This document shows positions 1 through 10,191 of a stretch of 64,000 nucleotides of DNA, one piece after another. The stretch comes from Candidatus Microgenomates bacterium. GTDB taxonomy: Bacteria > Patescibacteriota > Microgenomatia > UBA8517. The notes beneath the pieces are model-generated. The model had not been told where the DNA came from and made no database searches. It saw nothing but the letters and a program-made list of their open reading frames with translations. Both the position numbers and the translations under genes were made by a program. Location: the NCBI GenBank assembly GCA_049523135.1, contig JBEKNE010000001.1, positions 391,009-455,008 of the forward strand, in the 5' to 3' direction. The stretch's first letter is position 1, and the number at the start of each line of letters is the position of its first letter.

Positions 1-936
1 GCTTTTATCTACGGGGTCGGAGAGCACTATCTTCATTTTCCGGTGATTATTACTCAAAATGACGAATATTCAAAAGGAATTGCTCTTTTTTGGATTCCCG
101 GAAGCAATACCAACTCAACTTTTGCTGGCCAATATGACCTGGCCGGCTTTATGATCATGACAATCCCGATATTTCTGTCGATGTATTTTATTTTGAAAGA
201 AAAGCTGATTAAACTTATCACTATTATTGTGTCGGGAACTGGATTATGGCTTCTAATCAATTCTGTTTCAAGGATTGCTCAAATATCATATGTTTTGGCG
301 GTTTCAGTTTCTCTACTGCTTCTCCGTAAATTCAAGGGTTTGGCAGTAGTGCTCCTGATAAGTATACTTTTTATGGTAAGTTCGGGAGGGCTTGAAACCA
401 GATTCAAAAGCGCCGTAAATGTTATATATCAGCGTATTTCGGTAAGTAAGACTGTCAGTTATGTTCAAGGGCACTTTATCGCTTTGGCAGAGAGTACTGC
501 CAGTCCGTCTCCAACACCCACAATCTCATCAATCATCAACGATGTATCAATTGCAATTCGCCTAAATGTTGAATGGCCAAGAGCTGCCCGGGCGATTATT
601 AAGAATCCGCTTCTTGGAACAGGATATTCTTCTATCGGTTTGGCAACAGATAATGATTATTTGAGAATGTTGGGGGAGACGGGGATATTGGGGACTTTGG
701 CTTTTGCATTAATATTTTTCAGAATCGGACAGATTATTGCTGAAGCATTTCCATTTCGATCAAAATTTACAGGTTTAGAGCTGGCCTTTATTGTGGGAAT
801 TATCGGAGCATCTTTAGGGACTTTTATTATGGCAACTTTCATTGATTTGTTTGAAGCTTCTAAATTTGCCACAATATTTTGGCTTCTCTTAGGATGTGCT
901 GTAAGCGTGGTAAAAAGTAAAGAATATGCAAAATAA
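1..936 (+). CDS. O-antigen ligase/polymerase (Wzy_C) family membrane protein, 5'-partial
   Basis: Frame 1 is open from the window start; multiple TM segments; SVSR and 'NPLLGTG...DNDYLRMLGETGILG' ligase-type motifs. Confidence 0.75.
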   Translation, partial: AFIYGVGEHYLHFPVIITQNDEYSKGIALFWIPGSNTNSTFAGQYDLAGFMIMTIPIFLSMYFILKEKLIKLITIIVSGTGLWLLINSVSRIAQISYVLAVSVSLLLLRKFKGLAVVLLISILFMVSSGGLETRFKSAVNVIYQRISVSKTVSYVQGHFIALAESTASPSPTPTISSIINDVSIAIRLNVEWPRAARAIIKNPLLGTGYSSIGLATDNDYLRMLGETGILGTLAFALIFFRIGQIIAEAFPFRSKFTGLELAFIVGIIGASLGTFIMATFIDLFEASKFATIFWLLLGCAVSVVKSKEYAK

Positions 937-2407
937 ATTTACTCATTTTATTAACTCGAAAATTTTTGAGTATATTTTGTTATCGTTCATCCTAATTTTA
1001 GGATTTTCTGTTAGGTTATATAAGATAGGAAATCCCATTGCCGATTGGCATTCCTGGCGGCAGGCAGATACTGCTTCCGTCAGCAGGGTTTATATACAAC
1101 AAGGAATTAATCTTTTAATACCCCGTTATCATGATATTTCCAGTGTTCAGACGGGTTTTTTTAATCCAAATGGATATAGAATGGTGGAATTTCCTTTTTA
1201 TAACGCACTTAACGCACTGCTTTTTAATGCATCCCATGTTTTTTCCCTTGAAGTCTGGGCAAGACTTATCACTATTTTTTGCGCACTTGTGACTTCATTT
1301 TTTCTTTATTTAATCGGCAGAAGTATTTCTAGTAAATGGGTTGGGGTAATGGCTGCCTTTTTTTACCTTTTTATTCCTTACAATATTTACTTTACACGAG
1401 TTATATTACCGGATCCCATGGGAGTGATGTTTGGAGTAATTTCTATCTGGGCATTTTTGGAGTTTTACATACATGATGAAAAATATCTTCCTTATGTCTC
1501 CGCAATTTTCTTTGGTTTGGCGATGCTTATAAAGCCATATTTGGGTTTTTATCTTTTTCCGATTATTTATTTGGCTATCAGGAAATATGGTCTAAAGTCA
1601 TTTCTTAAAAATAAGAATCTTATTTTCGGAGCTTTGATTTATTTAATTCTGGCCTTTGTTCCATTTTTCCTTTGGAGAGCTTGGGAATCCAAATTTCCTG
1701 AAGGCATTCCTTTTTATATATGGGCATTTAATGGGGATCTTATTCGTTTTAAACCTTCGTGGTGGTATTGGATTTTTGGTGAACGTTTAGGGCAGCTCAT
1801 TTTGGGATCCTTGGGATTAATACCTTTTATTTTTGGTGTTTTTAATACAAAAGTAAAAAATCTTTTTGTTCAATGGTTTTTGGCAGGAGCGCTTTTTTAT
1901 GTAGTTGTTGTTGCGGATGCAAATGTTATGCACGATTATTACCAGATATTGATTATTCCGGCAGTTTCTTTAGCTCTTGCCGCCGGATCGTTTTATCTTT
2001 GGACCCAGACAAATTTTAATAGGATTCTTACCAGAATTGTTCTTGTTATATCTATCGGTGTAATGCTTATTACAGGTTGGAATCAAATTGTGGGAGACTA
2101 TGCTATCAATCACCCTGAGATTATTGAAGCAGGGAAAGAGGTTGACAAGATTACTCCCAAAAATGCCCTTGTTGTTGCGCCCTATGATGGAGATACCGCA
2201 TTTTTGTATCAAACCGACCGGTGGGGCTGGCCGGCACTCGATAATTCCATCGATAATATCATTAAGGAAGGCGCCAGTTATTATGTATCTGTTGATTTAG
2301 GTAGCAGTGACACAAAAATGATTGAATCACGCTTCAAAACGGTTGAGAAAACAGATAAGTTTATAATTATTAATCTGTTACAGCCTTTGTCTGTCAAAAC
2401 AAAATGA
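926..2407 (+). CDS. GT-C fold glycosyltransferase (ArnT/PMT-like)
   Basis: Polytopic membrane ORF with DWHSWRQADT luminal motif, EFPFY and PDP; lies in glycan cluster. Confidence 0.7.
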   Translation: MQNKFTHFINSKIFEYILLSFILILGFSVRLYKIGNPIADWHSWRQADTASVSRVYIQQGINLLIPRYHDISSVQTGFFNPNGYRMVEFPFYNALNALLFNASHVFSLEVWARLITIFCALVTSFFLYLIGRSISSKWVGVMAAFFYLFIPYNIYFTRVILPDPMGVMFGVISIWAFLEFYIHDEKYLPYVSAIFFGLAMLIKPYLGFYLFPIIYLAIRKYGLKSFLKNKNLIFGALIYLILAFVPFFLWRAWESKFPEGIPFYIWAFNGDLIRFKPSWWYWIFGERLGQLILGSLGLIPFIFGVFNTKVKNLFVQWFLAGALFYVVVVADANVMHDYYQILIIPAVSLALAAGSFYLWTQTNFNRILTRIVLVISIGVMLITGWNQIVGDYAINHPEIIEAGKEVDKITPKNALVVAPYDGDTAFLYQTDRWGWPALDNSIDNIIKEGASYYVSVDLGSSDTKMIESRFKTVEKTDKFIIINLLQPLSVKTK

Positions 2408-3618
2408 AAATATTGATGCTTACTCCGTACTTGCCTTTTCCGGATTCTTCCGGTGGGCAAATCCGTTCATATAATTTAATAAAGGATTTAAGTAAGAAAC
2501 ACGACATTGTACTTTTTTCTTTAATCAAAGACGATTCGGAAAGAAGATTTATTCCCGAGTTGACTAAATATTGTTCAAAGGTTGAGGTATTTAAACGCTC
2601 AAAATCCCCATGGACTCTAAGGAATATATTCCTGACTGGATTTGGACCTTATCCCTTTTTGGTAATACGCAATCTTTCGCCTCAGGAAAGTAATGCCGTT
2701 CAGGAGGAAATAAATAATGTTCATTACGATTTAATTCATGCGGAAACTTTTTACGTAATGCCGCATATTCCTAAAACAAATGTTCCTATTCTTTTGGTTG
2801 AACAGACGATTGAATATTTGGTTTACAAGCATTATGTAGAGGGACTAAAGAATTTTTTGGTTAAATGGCTATTTTCAATTGATGTTGCGAAGTTGCGTCT
2901 GTGGGAAACAAGATTTTGGAAAAAAGCGGATAGGGTTGTTGCCGTTTCCGAATCCGATAAAGAAGAAATGCTAAAGCTGGTCCCGGGTCTTGAGGTTAAT
3001 TTGGTGCCGAACGGAGTAAATCTTAGTTTTTTTAAAGAGAAGAAGAGTTGGAATTCTAAAGATCCAAAAATACTTTTCATTGCAAATTTTAAGTGGCTGC
3101 AAAACGTTGAGGCAGCAGAACTTCTTCTAGATGAAGTTTTCCCGTTGATTTATAAGAAAAGACCAGATGCTAAAGTCTGGATTGTTGGTCAGCATGTGCC
3201 CGAGGAGATTTTAAGGCATAAATCGAGTAGTGTAATTGTTGACGATCTAAAGGAAGATGATCAGGAAGGAATAAGAAAAGCCTACTACGAATCTTCTGTT
3301 TTTGTCTCACCTCTAAGGGGACCGGGCGGGACGCGTCTTAAGCATCTGGCGGCTATGGCGGCCAAGTTACCTCTTGTAACCACATCAGTTGGGGCTGAAG
3401 GCTTGGAAGCCCATGACGGGAAAGAAGTAATTATCAGGAATGATCCTGCTAAAATGGCACAAGCGGTTTTGGAAGTACTTGGGGATGCCAAGCTCGCGGA
3501 AAGGATTGCAGTTAATGCAAGGAACTTGGTTGAGGAAAAATTCAGTTGGTACAAAATGAGCGAGTATTTGGACAAAATATATCAAAAGACAGGAAATTCA
3601 AATGAAAATACTAATTGA
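2404..3618 (+). CDS. GT4 family glycosyltransferase
   Basis: MKILMLTPYLPFP..SGG start, VPNGV, GGTRLK..AMAAKLPLVTT..GAEG. Confidence 0.85.
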   Translation: MKILMLTPYLPFPDSSGGQIRSYNLIKDLSKKHDIVLFSLIKDDSERRFIPELTKYCSKVEVFKRSKSPWTLRNIFLTGFGPYPFLVIRNLSPQESNAVQEEINNVHYDLIHAETFYVMPHIPKTNVPILLVEQTIEYLVYKHYVEGLKNFLVKWLFSIDVAKLRLWETRFWKKADRVVAVSESDKEEMLKLVPGLEVNLVPNGVNLSFFKEKKSWNSKDPKILFIANFKWLQNVEAAELLLDEVFPLIYKKRPDAKVWIVGQHVPEEILRHKSSSVIVDDLKEDDQEGIRKAYYESSVFVSPLRGPGGTRLKHLAAMAAKLPLVTTSVGAEGLEAHDGKEVIIRNDPAKMAQAVLEVLGDAKLAERIAVNARNLVEEKFSWYKMSEYLDKIYQKTGNSNENTN

Positions 3619-4723
3619 TGCACGCCTTTATGGATTGGAGAATGCGGGTCTTGGCAGATATTTAATTAATCTGGTTGGCGAGTTAACAAAACTGGATTCC
3701 AAAAATAGTTATGTGATTCTTCTTAGAAGAAAATATTTCGGAGAGTTAAAGCTTCCCGATAATTGGAAAAAGGTTGAGGCTGACTATCGGCATTATAGTT
3801 TGGCAGAGCAACTTAAACTCCCCGGAATTATCAAAAAAGAAAAACCTGATTTGGTGCATTTTCCTCATTTTAATGTTCCTGTTTTTTTCCACGGAAAATA
3901 TATTGTTACGATTCACGACATGCTGATGCATTCAAGTATCGGCCTTGATGCCACAACTCTTCCGGCCCCAGCATATTTTCTGAAAAGATTGGGTTACAGA
4001 TTCGTATTTGATAATGCCGTGAAACATGCCCTGAAGGTTATAGTTCCAAGCGAATCGGTCAAAAATGAATTAGTAAAGTTTTATAAATTACCTGAAAATA
4101 AAATTCTGGTTACTTATGAAGGAGTGGATGTGAAAATTAAAGGCGGAATAAATAATAATATGCAAAAGCCCTACTTTGTTTATACGGGGAATGCTTATCC
4201 GCATAAAAATCTGAAAGGATTAATCGAAGCAATAGTTATATTGAATAAAAATAATGTTCAACCTGTAAGTTTGGCAATTGTGTCATCGAGGGGAATTTTT
4301 ACTCAGAGACTCGAAAAGACTATCAGAAGTAAGAAAGCCGGTAATTTTGTCAAGCTTCTTGGTTTTGTTCCCGACGATAAACTTTTTACGCTATTGAAAA
4401 ATTCTGTTGGGTTTGTATTTCCATCTATTTCTGAAGGATTTGGCTTGCCGGGACTGGAAGCAATGTCGGTAGGGTCTTTAGTTCTCGCTTCCGATATTCC
4501 TGTATTTAAAGAAATATATAAAAACAATGCGGCTTATTTTAACCCCTTTGATTCGAATTCAATTAAAAATGCCATGGAAAATGTGCTGCATATGAATGAA
4601 ATTGAAAGAGAAAAAAAGATAGATATGGCAAAGGATTTTGTAAAACAATATTCGTGGGCTAAAATGGCAAAACAAACATTAGATTTATATGAAAGTTGCA
4701 ATAGTATACGATCGGGTAAATAA
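3602..4723 (+). CDS. GT4 family glycosyltransferase (mannosyltransferase-like)
   Basis: MKILIDAR..GLGRY, VTIHD, EGFGLPGLEAM (EX7E) motifs. Confidence 0.88.
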   Translation: MKILIDARLYGLENAGLGRYLINLVGELTKLDSKNSYVILLRRKYFGELKLPDNWKKVEADYRHYSLAEQLKLPGIIKKEKPDLVHFPHFNVPVFFHGKYIVTIHDMLMHSSIGLDATTLPAPAYFLKRLGYRFVFDNAVKHALKVIVPSESVKNELVKFYKLPENKILVTYEGVDVKIKGGINNNMQKPYFVYTGNAYPHKNLKGLIEAIVILNKNNVQPVSLAIVSSRGIFTQRLEKTIRSKKAGNFVKLLGFVPDDKLFTLLKNSVGFVFPSISEGFGLPGLEAMSVGSLVLASDIPVFKEIYKNNAAYFNPFDSNSIKNAMENVLHMNEIEREKKIDMAKDFVKQYSWAKMAKQTLDLYESCNSIRSGK

Positions 4724-5816
4724 ATGGGGAGGAGCGGAACGTGTTCTCCTTGCGCTTCATGATATTTTTCCTAAGGCTACGCTTTACACGTCAGTTTATG
4801 ATCCCGTTGGGGCAACCTGGGCGAGAGTTTTTCCTAAAGTAAAAGCTTCATTTTTGCAAAAAATTCCTTTTGCCAAGTCTAATCATGAATTTTTTGCATT
4901 TCTGATGCCATTGGCTTTTGAGTCATTTGATTTTTCTGATTTTGATCTTGTAATTTCTGTTACATCGGAATTTGCTAAAGGAATCAGAGTAAAACCAGGA
5001 ACTACCCATATTTGTTATTGTCTTACGCCAACCCGCTATCTATGGAGCGGTTACGAAGATTACTTTAAGAATCCATTTTTAAAAACCATTACAAAGCCAG
5101 TTGTTTCCGCTTTGAGGAGATGGGATAGGAAAGCAGCCGAGCGCCCCGATAAAATTATTGCAATTTCATCGGAGGTAAAAAAAAGAATTAAAAAATATTA
5201 TGGTAGAGAATCGAAAACCATTTTTCCTCCAGTGTCTATAAAGCCTTTGCCTAAAGAACTGAAATTAAAAGAGTATTATTTACTTGTAAGTCGGCTGGAT
5301 TATGGTTATAAGAAAGTTGAGTTGGCCATTAAGGTATTTAATAAACTTGGTTATCCGCTGGTTATTGTCGGAACGGGGCGGCAGGAAGGCAAACTTAAAA
5401 AACTTGCGAAGAAAAATATCAAATTTGTCGGCAGGGTCAGTGAAGAAAAGCTTCAGGATTATTATCTTGGAGCAAAAGCCTTAATAATGCCTCAGGAAGA
5501 AGACTTTGGGATTGTATCAATCGAAGCACAAAGTTACGGAGTTCCCGTCATCGCATATAAAAAGGGTGGAGCTCTCGATACGGTAATTAATAAGAAGACT
5601 GGTATATTTTTTGAAAAACAAGATGTTGAAAGTTTAATGCAGGCTATCAAAAATTTTGCTAAAATTCATTTTAGTGAGAGAATATTAACTAACAATGCTG
5701 AAAGATTTTCTTTCAAGGTTTTCAAAAACGAGTTACAAAGATCACTTGTATGCTCTAATACTGGCGGGCGGGGGGGGAACACGCCTTTGGCCAAGATCCA
5801 GACAAAAAACTCCTAA
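4689..5816 (+). CDS. GT4 family glycosyltransferase (WbaZ-like mannosyltransferase)
   Basis: GGAERVL, YCLTPTRYLW, EDFGIVSIEAQ motifs. Confidence 0.88.
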   Translation: MKVAIVYDRVNKWGGAERVLLALHDIFPKATLYTSVYDPVGATWARVFPKVKASFLQKIPFAKSNHEFFAFLMPLAFESFDFSDFDLVISVTSEFAKGIRVKPGTTHICYCLTPTRYLWSGYEDYFKNPFLKTITKPVVSALRRWDRKAAERPDKIIAISSEVKKRIKKYYGRESKTIFPPVSIKPLPKELKLKEYYLLVSRLDYGYKKVELAIKVFNKLGYPLVIVGTGRQEGKLKKLAKKNIKFVGRVSEEKLQDYYLGAKALIMPQEEDFGIVSIEAQSYGVPVIAYKKGGALDTVINKKTGIFFEKQDVESLMQAIKNFAKIHFSERILTNNAERFSFKVFKNELQRSLVCSNTGGRGGNTPLAKIQTKNS

Positions 5817-6837
5817 ACAGTTTTTAAAGCTTTTTGATAACCAGACACTGACTCAGGTAGCCGTTAATCGGTTTACGGAAATTCTTCCGATGGAGAGAAT
5901 CTTTATTGTTACGGTGTCGGAAGATTATAAGCGTGAAATTATAAAAGAAATTCCAAAGTTTCTTAAGGAAAATATTATTGTTGAGCCGGCAAGACGCGAA
6001 ACAGGTCCCGCTCACGCACTCGGAGCTCTTTTTATCGAGTCTAAGGATCCTGACGCAGTTATTATGACCGAGTCTGCAGATAGACTTGTTAAGCCGGTTT
6101 CCAGATATCTTGAAACTCTTTCAACTGCTGCCAAAGTTGCTTACGAAAAACACGTTCTTATTGCAATGGGTGTTGAACCAAGATACCCCCATACGGGACT
6201 TGGCCACATTAAAAAAGGAACTAAGTTGAATTTGGAGAAAAACGTTGATTTTTATAAGCTTGAGCAGTTTGTTGAGAAGCCTCCTTTGGACCTTGCTAAG
6301 AAATATACCGCTTCCGGAAAATATCTTTGGAATGCAGGACAGTATGTTTGGAGGGCCGACGATTTATTGAATGCCTATAAAGTACATAAGCCGGAAATTT
6401 ATAAAAATCTTCAGGAAATCAAACCACATCTCGGAAAGTCCGATGAAGCCAAGTTTTTTGTCTCGGAATATAAAAAAATGCCCTCGATTTCGGTTGACTA
6501 TGCCATTTCCGAAAAAGAGAAGAATTTTTATGTTGTTGCAGGCGATTTCTTTTGGACCGATATAGGTGATTGGAGAGAAGTTTGGGCAAATTCTAAAAAA
6601 GACAGTAAAAGCAATGTTATTATTTCAGGAGATGAACCGGGTGGGGAGGTAATGGTATTTGATACTACGGATAGCTTAATTCACTCCGACGGCAGAATGA
6701 TATCGGTAGTAGGGCTTGATAATATTGTAATAGTTGACACGAAAGATGCTCTTTTGGTTTGTTCCAAAAGCCACGCACAGAGTGTAAAGAAGATAGTTGA
6801 AAAATTGAAAGAGGACAAGCGAACAAGCCTTCTCTAA
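5695..6837 (+). CDS. manC: Mannose-1-phosphate guanylyltransferase
   Basis: ILAGGGGTRLWPRSR..PKQF, EP..R.TGPA, FVEKP, SVDYAI.EK, W.D.G.W; start uncertain (ATG 5695 or TTG 5746). Confidence 0.92.
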   Translation: MLKDFLSRFSKTSYKDHLYALILAGGGGTRLWPRSRQKTPKQFLKLFDNQTLTQVAVNRFTEILPMERIFIVTVSEDYKREIIKEIPKFLKENIIVEPARRETGPAHALGALFIESKDPDAVIMTESADRLVKPVSRYLETLSTAAKVAYEKHVLIAMGVEPRYPHTGLGHIKKGTKLNLEKNVDFYKLEQFVEKPPLDLAKKYTASGKYLWNAGQYVWRADDLLNAYKVHKPEIYKNLQEIKPHLGKSDEAKFFVSEYKKMPSISVDYAISEKEKNFYVVAGDFFWTDIGDWREVWANSKKDSKSNVIISGDEPGGEVMVFDTTDSLIHSDGRMISVVGLDNIVIVDTKDALLVCSKSHAQSVKKIVEKLKEDKRTSLL

Positions 6838-6843
6838 TTTTTT

Positions 6844-7494
6844 ATGTTTTACGACTTTATTAAAAGAGCTATGGATATTGTCCTTTCAGTAATTTTAATA
6901 GTTCTTTTTTCTCCGATAATGCTTCTTACCGCAATTATTATCAAAATTACATCTCCCGGGCCGGTTCTGGTTGAAAAGACAAATATCCATATGAAACGTA
7001 TTGGGAAAAATGGAAGAGTGTTCCGTCTCTATAAATTTAGATCAATGCCTGTTAATGCCGACTACCTTTTGACCAAAGATCCGAGATTTAAAAAACTTTA
7101 CAGTGAATACAAGAGATCCAGTTTCAAGCTTCATGAAGACCCGCGTGTTACCAAATTCGGGAGATTTATAAGAAAATATTCCATAGATGAAATGCCACAG
7201 CTTTTTAATGTTTTAAAAGGGGAAATGAGCCTTGTTGGGCCTCGCCCTTATCATGCTGATGAGATTGAGGAGCAACAAAAAAGGTACCCCGGAACTCATA
7301 GATTTGTAATAGAGACACAAACCGTTAAACCGGGCATTACCGGGTTTTGGCAGGTAATGGGTAGAAGCAATATTAATTTTGATAAAAGGATAGAAATGGA
7401 TGCCAATTATGCAAAAAAGAAATCGATATGGGTGGATATAAAGATAATCATTAAAACTCCAATTGCAATGATTAGCGGTGTCGGAGCCGTGTAA
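6844..7494 (+). CDS. Priming phosphoglycosyl transferase (Bac_transf family)
   Basis: KR.MDI, YKFRSM, DPRVT..GRF.RK.SIDE.PQL.NVLKGEMSLVGPRP, KPGITG. Confidence 0.92.
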   Translation: MFYDFIKRAMDIVLSVILIVLFSPIMLLTAIIIKITSPGPVLVEKTNIHMKRIGKNGRVFRLYKFRSMPVNADYLLTKDPRFKKLYSEYKRSSFKLHEDPRVTKFGRFIRKYSIDEMPQLFNVLKGEMSLVGPRPYHADEIEEQQKRYPGTHRFVIETQTVKPGITGFWQVMGRSNINFDKRIEMDANYAKKKSIWVDIKIIIKTPIAMISGVGAV

Positions 7495-7505
7495 TTTGTT
7501 GTATT

Positions 7506-9575
7506 ATGAATAATATGCCTGACGACAATACCTCTTTGCCCAAAATTAATCTGGATACCGGTAGTGAAACCGGAAAAGAAAATACTTCCATTCTGGTTCC
7601 TAAAATTGATACCAGGCCGGAGGATATAGAGACAAAACCTCCCCAGCCTGCAAAGGTTTCAAACGATCCTCCAATAAAAATAAAAAAGAACGATAAGAAA
7701 AAATATATTTGGTTCGGAGCTGCCGGTGTAGTTATTGTCTTTTTGATTTACAATCTTATTTCCTTCTTTTTGCTTTATCAAAAAGGAATGAAACTTTTGG
7801 CAAGTGTAAATCAACTTGTTACTGTTTCTAAATCTCAGGATTTATCCCAAATAAAAACAGGGATTGATAATACAAAAGTTTCCTTGAATTCCTTAAGTTC
7901 TATCTATAAATTAGTAGGCTGGGAAAAATTCTTACCCTTTGCGGGAACTTATATTGCAGACGTGGGGCATGGGATTAAGGCGGGACAGGCGGGAATAGAT
8001 GCTGGTGACACCGTTTTGACGGTAATTGAGCCATATGCGGATTTACTGGGCTTTAAAGAGGATTCAACTACAAACGTTTTGGCTGCCGCTACGGGAACCC
8101 AAACTACACAGGACAGAATTGATTTTGTAGTTAAGACTATTCCGGATCTTTTACCGAAGATTGATTCAATTTCGGCTGATGTAAAAATAATTAATGATGA
8201 GCTTTCTCAGGTAAATCCGGACAGATACCCCGATACTTTTAAGGGGATTCAGGTTAAATCTCAAATAAAGAATGTACAGAGTCTGGTTAGCGAAGCATCA
8301 ACCTTTATTGTTAACGGCAAGCCGTTCTTGCAGTCGGCCCCGTATCTTTTGGGGATGGATTCCCCGAGGACCTACATGATTCTTTTCCAAAACGATAAGG
8401 AGCTTCGTCCTACTGGAGGATTTATGACCGCTTATGCAATTATGAAGGTAGATAAAGCTAAATTTACTCCCGTAACGAGTGACGATATTTATTCACTTGA
8501 TGCAAAATATACCCCGACCATTACCGCACCTCAGCCGATTATTGATTACATCCAAGGTCCGTATGCCCTGTCTCCGAAGTGGAGGTTAAGAGACATGAAT
8601 TGGTCTCCGGATTTTGCCACCGCAATGGAGCTGGTTGTTCCGGCGGCGGAAAAGGCTGGTGTTACCAAAATTGACGGCGTGATATCTGTAGATACGCAGC
8701 TACTGGTAAACCTGCTGAATGTCATAGGCCCAATAGGTGTACCCGGATTTGGCAACTTCAGTACGGCAATTAACCCCCAATGTAATTGTGCAGATGTTAT
8801 TTATCAGCTGGAATCTTTTGCCGATGTCGAAGGTGCTGTTATTTGGAGTCCTACAACTGGTAAGATTATTTCCGCGCCTGCAAACTATAACAACAGAAAA
8901 GCAATAATAGGTCCCTTAATGAACTCTATTATGGCAAATGCTTTGGGGCAGCCAAAAAATAAACTCTCCGGTCTCGTACAGGCTGTTTTTACATCTTTGA
9001 TAGAAAAACATGTTCTATTTTATATGATAGATCCGAATGTTGAGAAAGCCGTTTCGGATTTTGGAGTGGGAGGAGCGATCGATCAAACTTTTACCAGGGA
9101 CTATCTTCATATAAATGACGCGAATCTTGGAGGACGTAAATCCAATCTCTATGCCACCGAAGACGTAGAGCAGGATATTCAGGTTGCGGGCGACGGAAGC
9201 GTTACAAAGACGGTTACGATTACTTATAAGAATCCTCAAGGTCAGGATGGCTGGCTTAACTCGGTTCTTCCGACTTGGGTTAGAGTTTATGTTCCCCAAG
9301 GAAGCACATTAATCACTTCCGAAGGCCTTGAAGCAAAAGCCGATCCTTATGAAGATTTAGGAAAAACCGTATTTGCGGGTTATTTTCAACTTCGTCCTGA
9401 AGGTGTTGCCAAGATTACGTTCCAATATAAATTGCCGTTCAAAGTATCAAAGGATTATAAACTTCTTATTCAGAAACAACCGGGAACTGACGGATTTTTG
9501 TATACCGTAAATCTTGGCAAATATTCGGATGAATTTTATTTAAAAACGGATAAGCAACTTGATATAGGAATTTAG
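7506..9575 (+). CDS. DUF4012 domain membrane-anchored protein
   Basis: Single TM; RTYMILFQN.KELRPTGGF, RD.NWSPDF and IDGVI.VD motifs typical of DUF4012. Confidence 0.8.
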   Translation: MNNMPDDNTSLPKINLDTGSETGKENTSILVPKIDTRPEDIETKPPQPAKVSNDPPIKIKKNDKKKYIWFGAAGVVIVFLIYNLISFFLLYQKGMKLLASVNQLVTVSKSQDLSQIKTGIDNTKVSLNSLSSIYKLVGWEKFLPFAGTYIADVGHGIKAGQAGIDAGDTVLTVIEPYADLLGFKEDSTTNVLAAATGTQTTQDRIDFVVKTIPDLLPKIDSISADVKIINDELSQVNPDRYPDTFKGIQVKSQIKNVQSLVSEASTFIVNGKPFLQSAPYLLGMDSPRTYMILFQNDKELRPTGGFMTAYAIMKVDKAKFTPVTSDDIYSLDAKYTPTITAPQPIIDYIQGPYALSPKWRLRDMNWSPDFATAMELVVPAAEKAGVTKIDGVISVDTQLLVNLLNVIGPIGVPGFGNFSTAINPQCNCADVIYQLESFADVEGAVIWSPTTGKIISAPANYNNRKAIIGPLMNSIMANALGQPKNKLSGLVQAVFTSLIEKHVLFYMIDPNVEKAVSDFGVGGAIDQTFTRDYLHINDANLGGRKSNLYATEDVEQDIQVAGDGSVTKTVTITYKNPQGQDGWLNSVLPTWVRVYVPQGSTLITSEGLEAKADPYEDLGKTVFAGYFQLRPEGVAKITFQYKLPFKVSKDYKLLIQKQPGTDGFLYTVNLGKYSDEFYLKTDKQLDIGI

Positions 9576-9587
9576 TATAATGCCTCA

Positions 9588-10136
9588 ATGAAGCCTCGAG
9601 CTTACACTTCGGAAGGAATAATTCTTGCGAAAAGAAATTATGGAGAAGCGGACCGAATAATTTCAATTTTCGGCAAGGATATTGGCAGAAAATCCCTGAT
9701 AGCCAAAGGGGTAAGACGTCCCAGAAGTCGGAAAAGAGGGCATATTGAGGTATTCAATAAGGTCAGATTTCAAGCAGTTACCGGTAGGGGACTCGATATA
9801 ATGACCGAAGTCGAGGTGGTTGATGACTTCAAGGACGTAAGGAAAAGTCTTAAAAAGATATCTCTGGCATATTATTTCATGGAGGTAATCGGAAAAATTA
9901 CCCATGAAGGTGAGGGAAATTTGGGTGTTTATGAGCTTTTGGTCGGTTCTTTGGAAAAATTGAAAACCGCAAAACTTCTTAAAAAACTTCGTTTGGAGTT
10001 TATAGTTACCTTGATAACTATTTTAGGTTACTGGCCTGAAAATAAGGTATTACCAAATCCTGATGAAGAGTTGGAGGAAATTATTGAGAGGCAAATATAT
10101 TCAAAGAGAGTTGGAAAAAGAATGATTGAGGATTAA
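9588..10136 (+). CDS. recO: DNA repair protein RecO (short, no Zn finger)
   Basis: EGIIL...NYGEADRI...GR...AKGVRRP.SR OB-fold N-terminus. Confidence 0.9.
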   Translation: MKPRAYTSEGIILAKRNYGEADRIISIFGKDIGRKSLIAKGVRRPRSRKRGHIEVFNKVRFQAVTGRGLDIMTEVEVVDDFKDVRKSLKKISLAYYFMEVIGKITHEGEGNLGVYELLVGSLEKLKTAKLLKKLRLEFIVTLITILGYWPENKVLPNPDEELEEIIERQIYSKRVGKRMIED

Positions 10137-10191
10137 AACCCTGTAGTCAAAGGGCAAACTGGATTGTAAAATAGAATTACAAATTAAACAA

